64,000 bases of DNA from Oscillospiraceae bacterium (lineage in GTDB: Bacteria; Bacillota; Clostridia; Oscillospirales; QAMX01), in the NCBI GenBank assembly GCA_015067825.1, contig SVLQ01000010.1:32750-96749 (forward strand), in the 5' to 3' direction. Below are positions 1 through 9,846 of the stretch, piece by piece. A program made the translations under genes and the position numbers. Every line of letters starts with the position of its first letter. Within the stretch, counting starts at the first letter, position 1. Below the pieces are notes generated by a model. It saw only the letters and a list, made by a program, of their open reading frames with translations, was not told the DNA's origin and searched no databases.

Positions 1-1925
1 GCGAAGGTGCGATCGACGCCGCCGGCTGGCGCTACAGCGAGAAAAACGTCATCACACGCATGTTTTTCGACGCGATCGCCGAAGCATACGGCATTTCGCT
101 CGACGTCCCCGTCAAGGATATGAAAAAATCCGACCTCGATATCTTCCTCTACGGTACTAAGGGGCGCAAGCTGGAAATGAAGCGCCCCAAAGAGCACGGC
201 GGCGGGGTCTGGCGCGCGAGCTTTGAAGGCGTGATCGCCAGCATCGACCGCCGCAGCCGCGACGAAGAAAACGAAGGCATCAAAGCGCATTACGAAGAGC
301 TGATGGCGTCGGTGCCGTGCCCGGTCTGCCACGGCGACCGCCTGAAAAAAGAGGTTTTGGCCGTCACCGTCGGCGGCATGAACATCGCCGACTTCACCAA
401 GCTGCCGATCAACCGCGCGATCGAATTCGTCGAGGGGCTGGAGCTGACCAAAACCGAAGCCATGATCGGTGAACGCATCATCAAAGAGATCATTTCCCGT
501 CTGAAATTTCTCTCCAACGTCGGCCTTTCCTACCTGACGCTGGCGCGCAGCGCCGGTTCGCTCTCCGGCGGCGAAAGCCAGCGCATCCGCCTCGCCACCC
601 AGATCGGCTCGTCGCTGGTCGGCGTCATGTACATCCTCGACGAACCGAGCATTGGCCTCCACCAGCGCGACAACGCCAAGCTGATCGATACGCTCAAACG
701 CCTGCGCGATATCGGCAACACCCTGATCGTCGTCGAGCACGACGAGGATACGATGCTCGCCGCCGACCACATTATCGACATCGGCCCCGGCGCAGGCGTC
801 AACGGCGGTCATATCGTCGCCCAAGGCACGGCCGAAGAAATCATGGCCTGTGAAGATTCGATCACGGGACAGTACCTCTCCCACAAAAAAGAGATCCCCG
901 TGCCCAAAGTTCGCCGCGAAGGCAACGGCAAGGTGCTTACGGTGCGCGGTGCGCGCGAAAATAACCTCAAAAATATCGACGTTTCCTTCCCGTTGGGCAA
1001 GCTGATCTGCGTGACGGGTGTGTCCGGGTCGGGCAAATCGAGTCTGGTCAACGGCATCCTCCACAAAAAGCTCGCAGCTGTCCTCAACCACGCCCATACC
1101 CGCGCCGGCGACCACGACGTGATCGAGGGCATCGAGCACCTCGACAAGGTCATCGAGATCGACCAATCGCCGATCGGCCGCACGCCGCGTTCCAACCCGG
1201 CGACCTATACCGGCCTCTTCAACGATATCCGCGAGATCTTTGCCGCCACGCCCGATGCCCGTGCCCGCGGCTACGGCCCGGGACGCTTCTCGTTCAATAT
1301 CCGCGGCGGCCGCTGCGAAGCCTGTGCCGGCGACGGCCTCTTAAAGATCGAAATGCACTTCCTGCCCGACGTCTACGTCCCCTGCGAGGTCTGCAAGGGC
1401 CGCCGCTATAACCGCGAAACGCTGGAGGTCAAGTACAAGGGCAAGAGCATCCACGACGTGCTGGAAATGACCGTTGCCGAGGCTCTGCCCTTCTTCGAGA
1501 ATCTGCCCAAGCTCCGGAAAAAGCTGGAAACGCTCTCGGACGTCGGCTTGGGCTACGTCAAGCTCGGCCAGTCGTCGACCACGCTGTCGGGCGGCGAGGC
1601 GCAGCGCGTCAAGCTGGCCACCGAGCTCTCCCGCCGCGCCACCGGAAAAACGCTCTATATCCTCGACGAGCCGACGACCGGCCTCCACGCAGCCGACGTC
1701 CATAAGCTCACCGAGGTCTTAAACCGCCTCGCCGACGGCGGCAATACGCTCGTCGTCATCGAGCACAATCTCGACGTCATCAAAACGGCCGACCATATCA
1801 TCGACCTCGGCCCCGAGGGCGGCAGCGGCGGCGGTACGGTGATCGCCGAAGGCACGCCCGAAGAGGTCGCCGCCTGCGATGCGTCGTTCACCGGGCAGTA
1901 CCTCAAACGCATGCTCACGCTGTGA
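1..1925 (+). CDS. uvrA: Excinuclease ABC subunit A (5' truncated by window edge)
   Basis: [17 protein letters not shown] and [15 protein letters not shown] signatures, GVSGSGKSS Walker A, CxxC zinc fingers; frame is open upstream of 60 to the window start. Confidence 0.98.
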   Translation, partial: EGAIDAAGWRYSEKNVITRMFFDAIAEAYGISLDVPVKDMKKSDLDIFLYGTKGRKLEMKRPKEHGGGVWRASFEGVIASIDRRSRDEENEGIKAHYEELMASVPCPVCHGDRLKKEVLAVTVGGMNIADFTKLPINRAIEFVEGLELTKTEAMIGERIIKEIISRLKFLSNVGLSYLTLARSAGSLSGGESQRIRLATQIGSSLVGVMYILDEPSIGLHQRDNAKLIDTLKRLRDIGNTLIVVEHDEDTMLAADHIIDIGPGAGVNGGHIVAQGTAEEIMACEDSITGQYLSHKKEIPVPKVRREGNGKVLTVRGARENNLKNIDVSFPLGKLICVTGVSGSGKSSLVNGILHKKLAAVLNHAHTRAGDHDVIEGIEHLDKVIEIDQSPIGRTPRSNPATYTGLFNDIREIFAATPDARARGYGPGRFSFNIRGGRCEACAGDGLLKIEMHFLPDVYVPCEVCKGRRYNRETLEVKYKGKSIHDVLEMTVAEALPFFENLPKLRKKLETLSDVGLGYVKLGQSSTTLSGGEAQRVKLATELSRRATGKTLYILDEPTTGLHAADVHKLTEVLNRLADGGNTLVVIEHNLDVIKTADHIIDLGPEGGSGGGTVIAEGTPEEVAACDASFTGQYLKRMLTL

Positions 1926-1936
1926 TCCAATACGCC

Positions 1937-1972
1937 AAACGGCACCCTTCGTCACGAAGGGTGCCGTTTTTT
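1937..1972 (+). terminator. Intrinsic terminator after uvrA
   Basis: aaacggcacccttcgt-c-acgaagggtgccgttt followed by a T run. Confidence 0.85.
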
Positions 1973-2014
1973 GTGCGATCCCGGCGACCGAATCATCCGC
2001 AAACCACATTTTTA

Positions 2015-2043
2015 CTGACATTTTTCTGCTTTTGTGCTATAAT
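2015..2043 (+). promoter_or_regulatory. SigA-type promoter
   Basis: CTGACA-17 bp-TATAAT with extended TG. Confidence 0.65.
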
Positions 2044-2081
2044 ATTTGCATAACGTAGCGAACACAGGAGGAATCAGCCCC

Positions 2082-3014
2082 ATGAAACACTATCCCTTCA
2101 AATCCGACGGAACCTTTCGTATCTGCCAGTTTACCGACCTGCATTTACATACCTATGACCGCTTTGAGGAAGGCGAACAGACCTATGCGCTGCTGCGCCA
2201 GACTTTGCGCGATACCAACCCTGACCTCGTTGTCATCACCGGCGATATCGCTTGGGGCAAAGAACCCGAAAGTGCCATCGCCGAGCTGGAAAAGATCTTT
2301 GCCGAAGCCGGCGTGATGTGGGCGCCGGTGCTCGGCAACCACGACGGTGAATACTTCATGGAGTCGCTGCAGATCCCGAATGAAGAAGGCCGCAGAATGT
2401 TTGCCCAGAGGCTGTTCACCGAAAACAGCCTCTATGAAACGGGCGCGGAAGGGGTCGATGGCAACGGCAACTACGTCGTCACCGTCGGCGGCACGGCGGA
2501 CAAACCCGCGTGGGCGCTCTTCCTGCTCGACAGCCACCGCGGCTACTTTGATCTCAGCCAGAATCTCTGGTACCGCGAGACCTCGAAAGCGCTCCCGCAT
2601 TCCCACGAGCTCTCCTTCTTCCATATTCCGTTTCCGGAATACGTCGAAGTCTGGGACTATACCGCCTGTAAGGGCTACTGCTTAGAGTCGATCTGCGATA
2701 CCGAAATGAACGACGGCATGTTCGCCGCCATGGTCGAGTGCGGCAAGATGCGCGGCGTTTTCGTCGGCCACGACCATATCAACGACTTTGAAGGCACGCT
2801 CCAAAATATCCGCCTCTGCTACGGCCGCGGATCGGGCTACCAGACCTACGGCTATGAAAATTATGCACGCGGTGCGCGCATCATCGACATCGACGCATCC
2901 GCCGATTTCAAGACCTATATCTATCTCGCGACCGGCGAGATGTACGAACAGGATCGCTGCCACCGTCCCAAGCTGATGCGCAAGCATCAGCGCGCGGACG
3001 AACTGCTGAAGTAA
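2082..3014 (+). CDS. Calcineurin-like metallophosphoesterase (Dcr2/PAP-like)
   Basis: DLH, GD, GNHD, FFHIP, GHDHINDF and YGRGSG motifs; ATG at 2082 after GGAGG. Confidence 0.88.
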   Translation: MKHYPFKSDGTFRICQFTDLHLHTYDRFEEGEQTYALLRQTLRDTNPDLVVITGDIAWGKEPESAIAELEKIFAEAGVMWAPVLGNHDGEYFMESLQIPNEEGRRMFAQRLFTENSLYETGAEGVDGNGNYVVTVGGTADKPAWALFLLDSHRGYFDLSQNLWYRETSKALPHSHELSFFHIPFPEYVEVWDYTACKGYCLESICDTEMNDGMFAAMVECGKMRGVFVGHDHINDFEGTLQNIRLCYGRGSGYQTYGYENYARGARIIDIDASADFKTYIYLATGEMYEQDRCHRPKLMRKHQRADELLK

Positions 3015-3031
3015 AAAAGAAGGAGGAAGCT

Positions 3032-3934
3032 ATGAAACATTTTTCTCTGAATGAAAACGGCACGTTCCGTATTTGCCAGCTGACCGATATCCACCTCGAG
3101 CACGACCGCCTGCACGAAGAGGGCGAAAAAACCTATGCGCTGATCAAAAATGCCGTCCGCGATACCAACCCCGACCTCGTCGTCATTACCGGTGACCTTG
3201 CGTGGGGCACCAACGACGATCTCGAGATCGACCGTTTGGCGTCGATCATGGAAGAACTTGGCGTCGCGTGGGCGCCGGTCCTGGGCAATCACGACGGCCA
3301 GGATCTCGCCGGCGGCGGTGAGGCCGGCCGCGAGATGTTTGCCGGGTTCCTCGCCAACCGCAAAGGCGGCCTCTTCGAGCTCGGCCCGAAAGACATCGCC
3401 GGCCATGGGAACTATACGGTTACCGTCGGCGGCACGGCGGATGCGCCAAAGTGGGTACTCTATCTGCTCGATTCCCGCGAAAACGGGTTCGATTTTTCGC
3501 AGGTGCTTTGGTATAAAAATACGTCGGAGGCCTTCGGCAACGACCACAGCGAGCTGGCGTTTTTTCATATTCCGCTCCCCGAATACGATTGGGTGTGGGA
3601 CTACGTCGATTGTCTTGGCTACAATCAAGAGCAGGTGGCTGCAATGCCGCTCAACGTGGGTATGTTCTCGGCGATGGTGCGCCGCGGCAGAATGCGCGGT
3701 ACGTTCGTCGGCCACGACCATATCAACGATTTCGAGGGCACGCTGCGCGGTATCCGCCTCTGCTACGGCCGCGGTTCGGGTTACCAGTGCTACGGTATGA
3801 ACGGCTTTGAACACGGTGCGCGCATCATCGACCTCAAGCCCGACGGCACGTTCGATACGCAGATCTATACGGAATCCGGCGCACTCTACCACCAGGAGCG
3901 TGAACATTCGCACAAAGTCAACAGCAAATGCTGA
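3032..3934 (+). CDS. Calcineurin-like metallophosphoesterase, tandem paralog
   Basis: Same motif set as 2082..3014; AAGGAGG RBS. Confidence 0.88.
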   Translation: MKHFSLNENGTFRICQLTDIHLEHDRLHEEGEKTYALIKNAVRDTNPDLVVITGDLAWGTNDDLEIDRLASIMEELGVAWAPVLGNHDGQDLAGGGEAGREMFAGFLANRKGGLFELGPKDIAGHGNYTVTVGGTADAPKWVLYLLDSRENGFDFSQVLWYKNTSEAFGNDHSELAFFHIPLPEYDWVWDYVDCLGYNQEQVAAMPLNVGMFSAMVRRGRMRGTFVGHDHINDFEGTLRGIRLCYGRGSGYQCYGMNGFEHGARIIDLKPDGTFDTQIYTESGALYHQEREHSHKVNSKC

Positions 3935-3947
3935 TTGGTGCTGAAGG

Positions 3948-4310
3948 ATGTATCAACATACCCCACGGCTCACGCCGCTTGCAAAAGAACTGCGCAAACG
4001 TCTGACCGCCGAAGAACGGCATCTTTGGTACGATTTTCTGCGGTCGTATCCGGTACGGTTCCTGCGGCAAAAGATTGTGGGAACGTATATTGTCGATTTT
4101 TATTGCGCGTCGGCAAAGCTGGTGGTCGAATTGGATGGTTCACAGCACTATCAGGCAGACGGATTGCGTTCAGACGCCGAGCGGACCGCGTTCCTGCAAG
4201 GTTGTGGGCTGAAGGTCATGCGGATTCCCAATAACGCGGTGCATCAGGATTTCCGCGGTGTTTGTGAAGCAATTGATACAGCGGTAAGGGATGCTTTGGA
4301 GCAGAGGTGA
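3948..4310 (+). CDS. DUF559 (Vsr-like) endonuclease-domain protein
   Basis: AKELRKRLTAEERHLW...FLRQ...YIVDFYC..AKLVVELDGSQH...G.KVMRI.N pattern. Confidence 0.88.
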   Translation: MYQHTPRLTPLAKELRKRLTAEERHLWYDFLRSYPVRFLRQKIVGTYIVDFYCASAKLVVELDGSQHYQADGLRSDAERTAFLQGCGLKVMRIPNNAVHQDFRGVCEAIDTAVRDALEQR

Positions 4311-4330
4311 ACGGCGTCCACCCGCAACAG

Positions 4331-5075
4331 GAATCCCCCAGTCTTCCGCGTTTGCTTGCGCAATCGCGGAAGCCAGCCCCCTTTACAAGGGGGCCTTGGA
4401 GCCTGCCGTTCCCACCGCCACACGGCAAAGCCTCGCCACCTGCGTTGGCTAACCACCCAAGCCTCCCTTGTAAAGGGAGGTGGGTTTTGCCGCAGGCAAA
4501 AGCCGGAGGGATTCCGATCCCACCGCCGCACGGCAAAATCTCTCCACCCGCAGCAAGAATCCCCCAGTCTTCCGCGTTTGCTCGCGCAATCGCGGAAGCC
4601 AGCCCCCTTTACAAGGGGGCCTTGGAGATTACCGTTCCCACTGCCGCACGGTAAAGTCTCTCCACCGACATTGGATAGCCACCCAAGCCTCCCTTGTAAA
4701 GGGAGGTGGGTTTTGCCGCAGGCAAAAGCCGGAGGGATTCCGTTCCCATCGCCACACGGTAAAGTCTCTCCACCGGCGTTGGCTAACCGCCCAAGCCTCC
4801 CTTGTAAAGGGAGGTGGGTTTTGCCGCAGGCAAAAGCCGGAGGGATTCTGTTCCCGTCGCCGTGCAATAAAGTTTCTCCACCCGCAACAGGAATCCCCCA
4901 GTCTTCCGCGTTTGTTTACGCAATCGCGGAAGCCAGCCCCCTTTGCAAGGGGGCCTTGGAGCCTGCCGTTCCCAACGCCGTACGGCAAAGTCTTTCCACC
5001 GACATTAGTTAGCCACCCAAAGCCTCCCTTGTAAAGGGAGGTGGGTTTTGCCGCAGGCAAAAGCCGGAGGGATTC
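4331..5075. repeat. REP/BIME-like array of seven palindromic units (order A-B-A-B-B-A-B) with conserved linkers
   Basis: A units of 69 bp at 4331, 4557 and 4891; B units of ~58 bp at 4457, 4683, 4791 and 5017; B is an inverted variant of A; each unit has two hairpins. Confidence 0.93.
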
Positions 5076-5199
5076 TGTTCCCGTCGCCGCGTGGTAAGGT
5101 CTCTTTGCCTGTGATAACAGACGCGCCACAGATCACATAGCCTATCCCGCTTTAAAAAAGTTCGTTGCTCTTCCAAAAAAACGCAAAGGAGAATCTCCC

Positions 5200-7563
5200 A
5201 TGAAAAATCGCACGTTTTTGCTCGCTTTGCTGCTAATGCTCTTCTGCCTTGCCGGCTGCGGCGGGGAAGAGCCTACTGAAACCGATCCGCCGGAATCGCC
5301 CGAACGCCCGGCGAAAACCGAGGAGGCCGCCTTGATCCCCGAAGACGGTGTCGTCAAAATTGAGGACGAAACCGGCACCTACGAGGTCGTCTACGCCGAG
5401 GGTCTCAAGGAAATTACAATGGACGAAGAGACCAACGTGCTCGTCTCGGCCGACGACGAAAACTTCATCTACACGTTTGAAAACGCCGATCTCGTCCTGA
5501 GCATGATGCGCGAGGGCGACGTTTTCTGCGGCATTCTGCCCGATAGCGGCGAGGCGCTTGCGATCGTCGTCCGCGAGATCGAGAAAAACGGCGACTCCGT
5601 TACCGTCTACGGCGTGCAGCCGACGCTGGAGGATTTGTTTGAGTCGATCGAGATCGAGGCGACTTACGGTGCCGACGCGCTCATTGTCGACGAGCTTGCC
5701 GAAGGCGTGACGATGGAAGAAACGCCTGCCGATCCGTCACTTTCCGCAGAAATACCGCGTGCGACAAACCTTGCAGCGCACCCTGCTCCGGGGCTGACCG
5801 CGCAAAACCTGGCCTCGCAGACGGTTGAGATCAACCGCACGTTTACTCAAGCGCTGCGCGTGGAAAACGACTATACGTTTGTGGAAGGGTCGGTATCGGA
5901 AACGATCGAATCTGTAACCGTATCCCTGGACTACACCCGTGGGAAAGACAAGGTCGTTGCATCCGTGGTTACGCGTACGACCGATTCGCTCCGTGCGGAT
6001 TTGGGTATTCAGGCCGGTTGGGAAGATGATTTCGAGATCGGCGAATTCCACGTAAAAACGTCGATTCCGTTCGTTACTGTTCCGCTGGAATTGAGCGTTC
6101 ATGTGTCCTTTTCCGGCAGCGTCGGCGGTACGTTCGAGTACGAACAGACCCGCCTTTCCGGTTCGGAGGTCACGGCCACGACCATGGGAGTTACGCACCG
6201 GGATATTGACGAAGTGGTATCGAAGGACGTGAAGGCCGATTTTGTCAATTTCCAGGCCGAGGTAAAGGTTGGTCCCCAAATCAGTATCGGTGTGGCGGTT
6301 TTTAAGGATCTGCTTCGCGTGGACCTCGCGTTGGGCATGGGCGTGAAGATTGAGGCGGAGTACGCGCCGTTTGAGCCGTGGGACGAATTTGCCGATTCCT
6401 GTCACGACTGCGGCGTCTGTTTCGACGGCGAGATCAGCCTGTTTGTCGAGCTGGTCGGTAGCGCCAAGGCGAGTTTTCCGGGGCTTGAACCTGTTACTGC
6501 CTCGATCACGATGGCAGAGGTTACCAAAAAGCTCAATGATTTCTATGTTTCTCTCGGCCCCGATGGCCGCGCCGATCCGCGCTTCGGTTGGGGCGAATGC
6601 CCCTACCGCCGCTATCGCACGGAGGTGAAGGTGAGCAACAAGTTCGGTGAAATCTACGGTGCAGAAGTTCACGCATCGTATCCCGATGGTCGCGTGGAAA
6701 CTCAATGGTCGAACGAATACGGCATGGCCGTATTTTGGCTTCCGGAGGGGAGGAACTGGCTGGATGCGGAATATGGTGGCCGTATCAACGGCGATCACTA
6801 CGAGATTGCTGCAAAACCCGGTAAGGCAGAGGTTAAACTGGATTTTGACCAACGTGTGATTGTTGTATGTGATATGTTTATGCCGGAAGAAGATCCTGCA
6901 CTGATTGCGTCTGTCCGTGCAAGATACCCGGATGCTGAATTTTATACAAACGCAAATCTCGATTTCTACGAATGGTATATTGATGATCCTTGGAGAGTGG
7001 AAAGGTTTGTCAATCATTTTGTCGAAGACGTGGATGTCGGCGATATAATTATTTGTCTTGATCCGTATGGGGCAGGGCTTAATAATCATATCGAATCAAT
7101 GTTGCTCCTTGTGATCCAGGAACATGGAGAACTGGATTTTTTGACAGTGTACGGAAATTCCGTAGGGGCAGATTATGAGTATGAGGTAGAAGCAACACCG
7201 AATCCGGATCGACCGGGATGGGATGCATATGTTGATTTCTATGTAAGCGAGGTGTATTTTGATGTCGCTGAAAAAATACGAACAGATGCCGAAATTGATG
7301 AACAGTTTAATTTGATCAATAAAGGATATATGGACGAAGGATTCGTGACGGGCCTTTGGTCTACCAGAAAACATATCTACAAAACGGAATATACCTGGTA
7401 TCATCGAGACTATGGCTTTATGTATGCAGAAGATCACGGCTTGGATCATAATACTGAAAGCAACGGTTATATTGAGTCGCAGGCAGATTCCTGGGGACAA
7501 GCTGCAATTGATTACGGTATGCAGTGCTTATTTCAGCAGGTCGATGCTTTGCTTGTTGACTGA
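5200..7563 (+). CDS. Large uncharacterised lipoprotein
   Basis: 787-aa ORF, AAGGAG RBS, signal peptide with LAGC lipobox, acidic and beta-rich body. Confidence 0.8.
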   Translation: MKNRTFLLALLLMLFCLAGCGGEEPTETDPPESPERPAKTEEAALIPEDGVVKIEDETGTYEVVYAEGLKEITMDEETNVLVSADDENFIYTFENADLVLSMMREGDVFCGILPDSGEALAIVVREIEKNGDSVTVYGVQPTLEDLFESIEIEATYGADALIVDELAEGVTMEETPADPSLSAEIPRATNLAAHPAPGLTAQNLASQTVEINRTFTQALRVENDYTFVEGSVSETIESVTVSLDYTRGKDKVVASVVTRTTDSLRADLGIQAGWEDDFEIGEFHVKTSIPFVTVPLELSVHVSFSGSVGGTFEYEQTRLSGSEVTATTMGVTHRDIDEVVSKDVKADFVNFQAEVKVGPQISIGVAVFKDLLRVDLALGMGVKIEAEYAPFEPWDEFADSCHDCGVCFDGEISLFVELVGSAKASFPGLEPVTASITMAEVTKKLNDFYVSLGPDGRADPRFGWGECPYRRYRTEVKVSNKFGEIYGAEVHASYPDGRVETQWSNEYGMAVFWLPEGRNWLDAEYGGRINGDHYEIAAKPGKAEVKLDFDQRVIVVCDMFMPEEDPALIASVRARYPDAEFYTNANLDFYEWYIDDPWRVERFVNHFVEDVDVGDIIICLDPYGAGLNNHIESMLLLVIQEHGELDFLTVYGNSVGADYEYEVEATPNPDRPGWDAYVDFYVSEVYFDVAEKIRTDAEIDEQFNLINKGYMDEGFVTGLWSTRKHIYKTEYTWYHRDYGFMYAEDHGLDHNTESNGYIESQADSWGQAAIDYGMQCLFQQVDALLVD

Positions 7564-7585
7564 CAGAATTTATCCGCAAAAACCA

Positions 7586-7627
7586 ACGGCACGGATCACC
7601 GAAACGGTGATCCGTGCCGTATTCTTT
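7586..7627. terminator. Hairpin between convergent genes (probably bidirectional terminator)
   Basis: acggcacggatcaccg-aaa-cggtgatccgtgccgt. Confidence 0.75.
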
Positions 7628-9060
7628 CATATGGGGTATCCGCACCGCTCCAGCGCTTTCCTCGCGGCTTCTGCATCGACCCCGCGCACGACGTGGCGGC
7701 GGCGACGGCGCGCGGTCTCGAACACGTGGACGCTGCAAATTCCTTTGCGCACCTGACGGGCGGTCTGTGCGACGGTGATGCGCGCAACGCGCTCCTTGGG
7801 GATCCACACGCGGTGGAAGCGCAGGCGGGAGAGATAGGCGAGCACGAGATGGTCGGGGTAGATGCCCATGCCGGTGTGGCGGAGGGCGGCAATCTTATGG
7901 CAGAGCTGCCAGAGGATCGCCAGCGAGGCCATCACGCCCCAAAACGTCATCAGCGAGACAAACGCCGGCAGCAAAAACGCGGCAATACCGCCGGCAACGG
8001 GGATGGCAAAGAGCAGCAGCGTCGGCATCAGCGTGTAGGCAATGCGCACCTTTTTGCGTTCAACGCGGATCGGACAGGCGAGCGAGCCGAGCTCCGGCAG
8101 AATTCGCCGCAGCTCGCGCACGGCGTCCATCGTGTCGCCCGAAGGGATGATCGCCGGGGTGAAGGCGGCGAGGGTAAAGCCGGCGGCGTTGACGTAAACG
8201 CCCGTCCCGGTAAACCACCGCGCGAACAGCCCGCAGCGCAGATCGACCGATTCGATCGCGGTCAGGCGCGTGTACAGGCGGTAACGCGTGAAAAGTCCGC
8301 CTTCCACGCAGAGCACGTCCTTGGCGCGCGAGACGGAAAACCGATAGTATTCGGCGAGATTGCGCAAAAATTCCAGCAGGTAAACGATGGCGAAGGTAAA
8401 AAGCGGGATGGCGACGACGGGCGGCAGCCCGAGCGAGACCTTGTGCACGATCTGCGAGGCGAGGTTTAAAAAACGGTTGGCCGTTTGCTCGCCGGCGTAG
8501 CGGGCGGTGTTGGAGAGAACGGTGAGGGCGAAGGCGAATCCGCCGACGACGTTGGAGGATGCCGCCGCGGCGAGCGCCACCTCGGACGGATCCGGACGCG
8601 AGATCGCGCGGATGCGGACGGAGGCGTGGCCGCGGAAAAATGCTTCGATGCGGCGTACCTCGCGCTTGGAAACAAGGATCGGGTGGAAAAGGCGGTATTC
8701 GGCGGTGGCCGTTTCCGGCTGCACCATTGCCGCACCGAAGGGACGCAGATAAAACGGGTACGAAACGTGCATGGCCGAGAGGCAATCGGCGAAAAAAACG
8801 TCGGTCGTGCGCCAAAAGAGGCCGCGCGTATAGGTGAGGCGGTCGGATTCCAGCACCAACCGGCTCATTTTCCAGCGCAACCACGCGAGCAAAACGACCG
8901 CGCCGACCACGATCCCGTCGAGCCAAAGCCCCTTCACCCATGCGGCAAGCCCCTCGTCAACGGCGAAAACGCCGCGAAGGATCGGGATGGCCAGAAGGAT
9001 GAGGTACTTTCGCAGGCTGATGACCGCGTTGAGCGGGTGCAGACGGAGCGCGCCGGTCAT
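7627..9060 (-). CDS. Bacterial PH-domain membrane protein (YdbT-like)
   Basis: RLHPL N-terminus, alternating TM segments and bPH_2-like segments (RGLFWR, GGLF); paired with a small PH-domain gene. Confidence 0.7.
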   Translation of the reverse strand: MTGALRLHPLNAVISLRKYLILLAIPILRGVFAVDEGLAAWVKGLWLDGIVVGAVVLLAWLRWKMSRLVLESDRLTYTRGLFWRTTDVFFADCLSAMHVSYPFYLRPFGAAMVQPETATAEYRLFHPILVSKREVRRIEAFFRGHASVRIRAISRPDPSEVALAAAASSNVVGGFAFALTVLSNTARYAGEQTANRFLNLASQIVHKVSLGLPPVVAIPLFTFAIVYLLEFLRNLAEYYRFSVSRAKDVLCVEGGLFTRYRLYTRLTAIESVDLRCGLFARWFTGTGVYVNAAGFTLAAFTPAIIPSGDTMDAVRELRRILPELGSLACPIRVERKKVRIAYTLMPTLLLFAIPVAGGIAAFLLPAFVSLMTFWGVMASLAILWQLCHKIAALRHTGMGIYPDHLVLAYLSRLRFHRVWIPKERVARITVAQTARQVRKGICSVHVFETARRRRRHVVRGVDAEAARKALERCGYPI

Positions 9061-9497
9061 TTTCCGACCTCACGCGTATTGCAGCGGGAAACGAGCAACT
9101 CGGCTTCGGCCGCGCCGACGGCGTGGAGCCAGTATCGGTGCGAGGGGAGACCGAACGTGAGAATCCGCTGGCGGAAGAGATGCATCAGCGGCGAGGCCGC
9201 GACTGTGACGGTCAGAACGTGCGCGAGCGGCACGACGGTCGTGCGCCGGCTGATTACGCCGTGGGTGATGCGGATCACGTCGCCGTCGAGATAGGCGGCG
9301 TAACGGCGGAAATACGCCGGCAGGTACCAGCAACCGTAAATTGCCGTCAGCGAAAACAGAACCGCCCCGGAAAGGATGCCGACGAGCGGTGCTTCGTGCA
9401 GCAGCTCGAGCACGAGCAAAAGTGCGGGAAAAACGAGCAGCAGGAGGCGGATCAGCCATATGATCAGCGCTTTTCTGCCGTTTGTGAGCAGGATCAC
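9057..9497 (-). CDS. Bacterial PH-domain membrane protein (YdbS-like)
   Basis: Two TM helices then ITHGVISRRTTVVPL; GTG start after AAAGGAGG; 4-bp overlap with the next gene. Confidence 0.72.
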   Translation of the reverse strand: MILLTNGRKALIIWLIRLLLLVFPALLLVLELLHEAPLVGILSGAVLFSLTAIYGCWYLPAYFRRYAAYLDGDVIRITHGVISRRTTVVPLAHVLTVTVAASPLMHLFRQRILTFGLPSHRYWLHAVGAAEAELLVSRCNTREVGK

Positions 9498-9633
9498 GGT
9501 GTCTCGCCTCCTTTTTCGTCCGTCGTTTTTCTTATTATACTCGCATTGCGGTGCTAAATCAACGGGATTTTGTAAAATCGGGCGGACGGCGGCACAAATA
9601 AATGCGGAAAGAAAATATTTTTTCAAAAAACGC

Positions 9634-9662
9634 TTGACAAAGAGGGGGCGGTGTGGTATACT
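9634..9662 (+). promoter_or_regulatory. SigA promoter of the infC operon
   Basis: TTGACA-17 bp-TATACT with extended TG and AT-rich upstream tract. Confidence 0.85.
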
Positions 9663-9669
9663 ATTTTAG

Positions 9670-9805
9670 CAATAAAGTAGGTGCTTCCCGCCCTCACCCC
9701 CGAGCGATGCGCGACGGTGGTTTATACGGTTCGATCTCCGGTACTTTTTCTGCCGGTGATGCGTTTGTAGGCGGGGCTTTGCGGAAACCCCGCCGTTTTT
9801 GTTTT
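9670..9805 (+). ncRNA. Ribosomal protein L20 leader (attenuator)
   Basis: aagtaggtgcttcccgccctcacc ... ggcggggc..ccccgcc-TTTTT terminator, directly upstream of infC-rpmI-rplT. Confidence 0.8.
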
Positions 9806-9846
9806 GCACCGCGGCGGGACAGGGTATTTTTTTGGAGGTGTTTCCT

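Noticed and set aside
4331-5075. CRISPR or guide-RNA array interpretation of the repeats
   Set aside because: The units are 58-69 bp and occur in both orientations, the intervening segments are related to each other rather than unique spacers, and no cas genes are present
4216-5129. Several 100-220 aa ORFs across the repeat array
   Set aside because: They are translations of the GC-rich repeats in multiple frames on both strands, with no RBS or protein-like features
9799-9846. TTG start and N-terminal extension of infC
   Set aside because: It lies in the L20 leader terminator with no RBS; the ATC at 9847 fits the Shine-Dalgarno sequence
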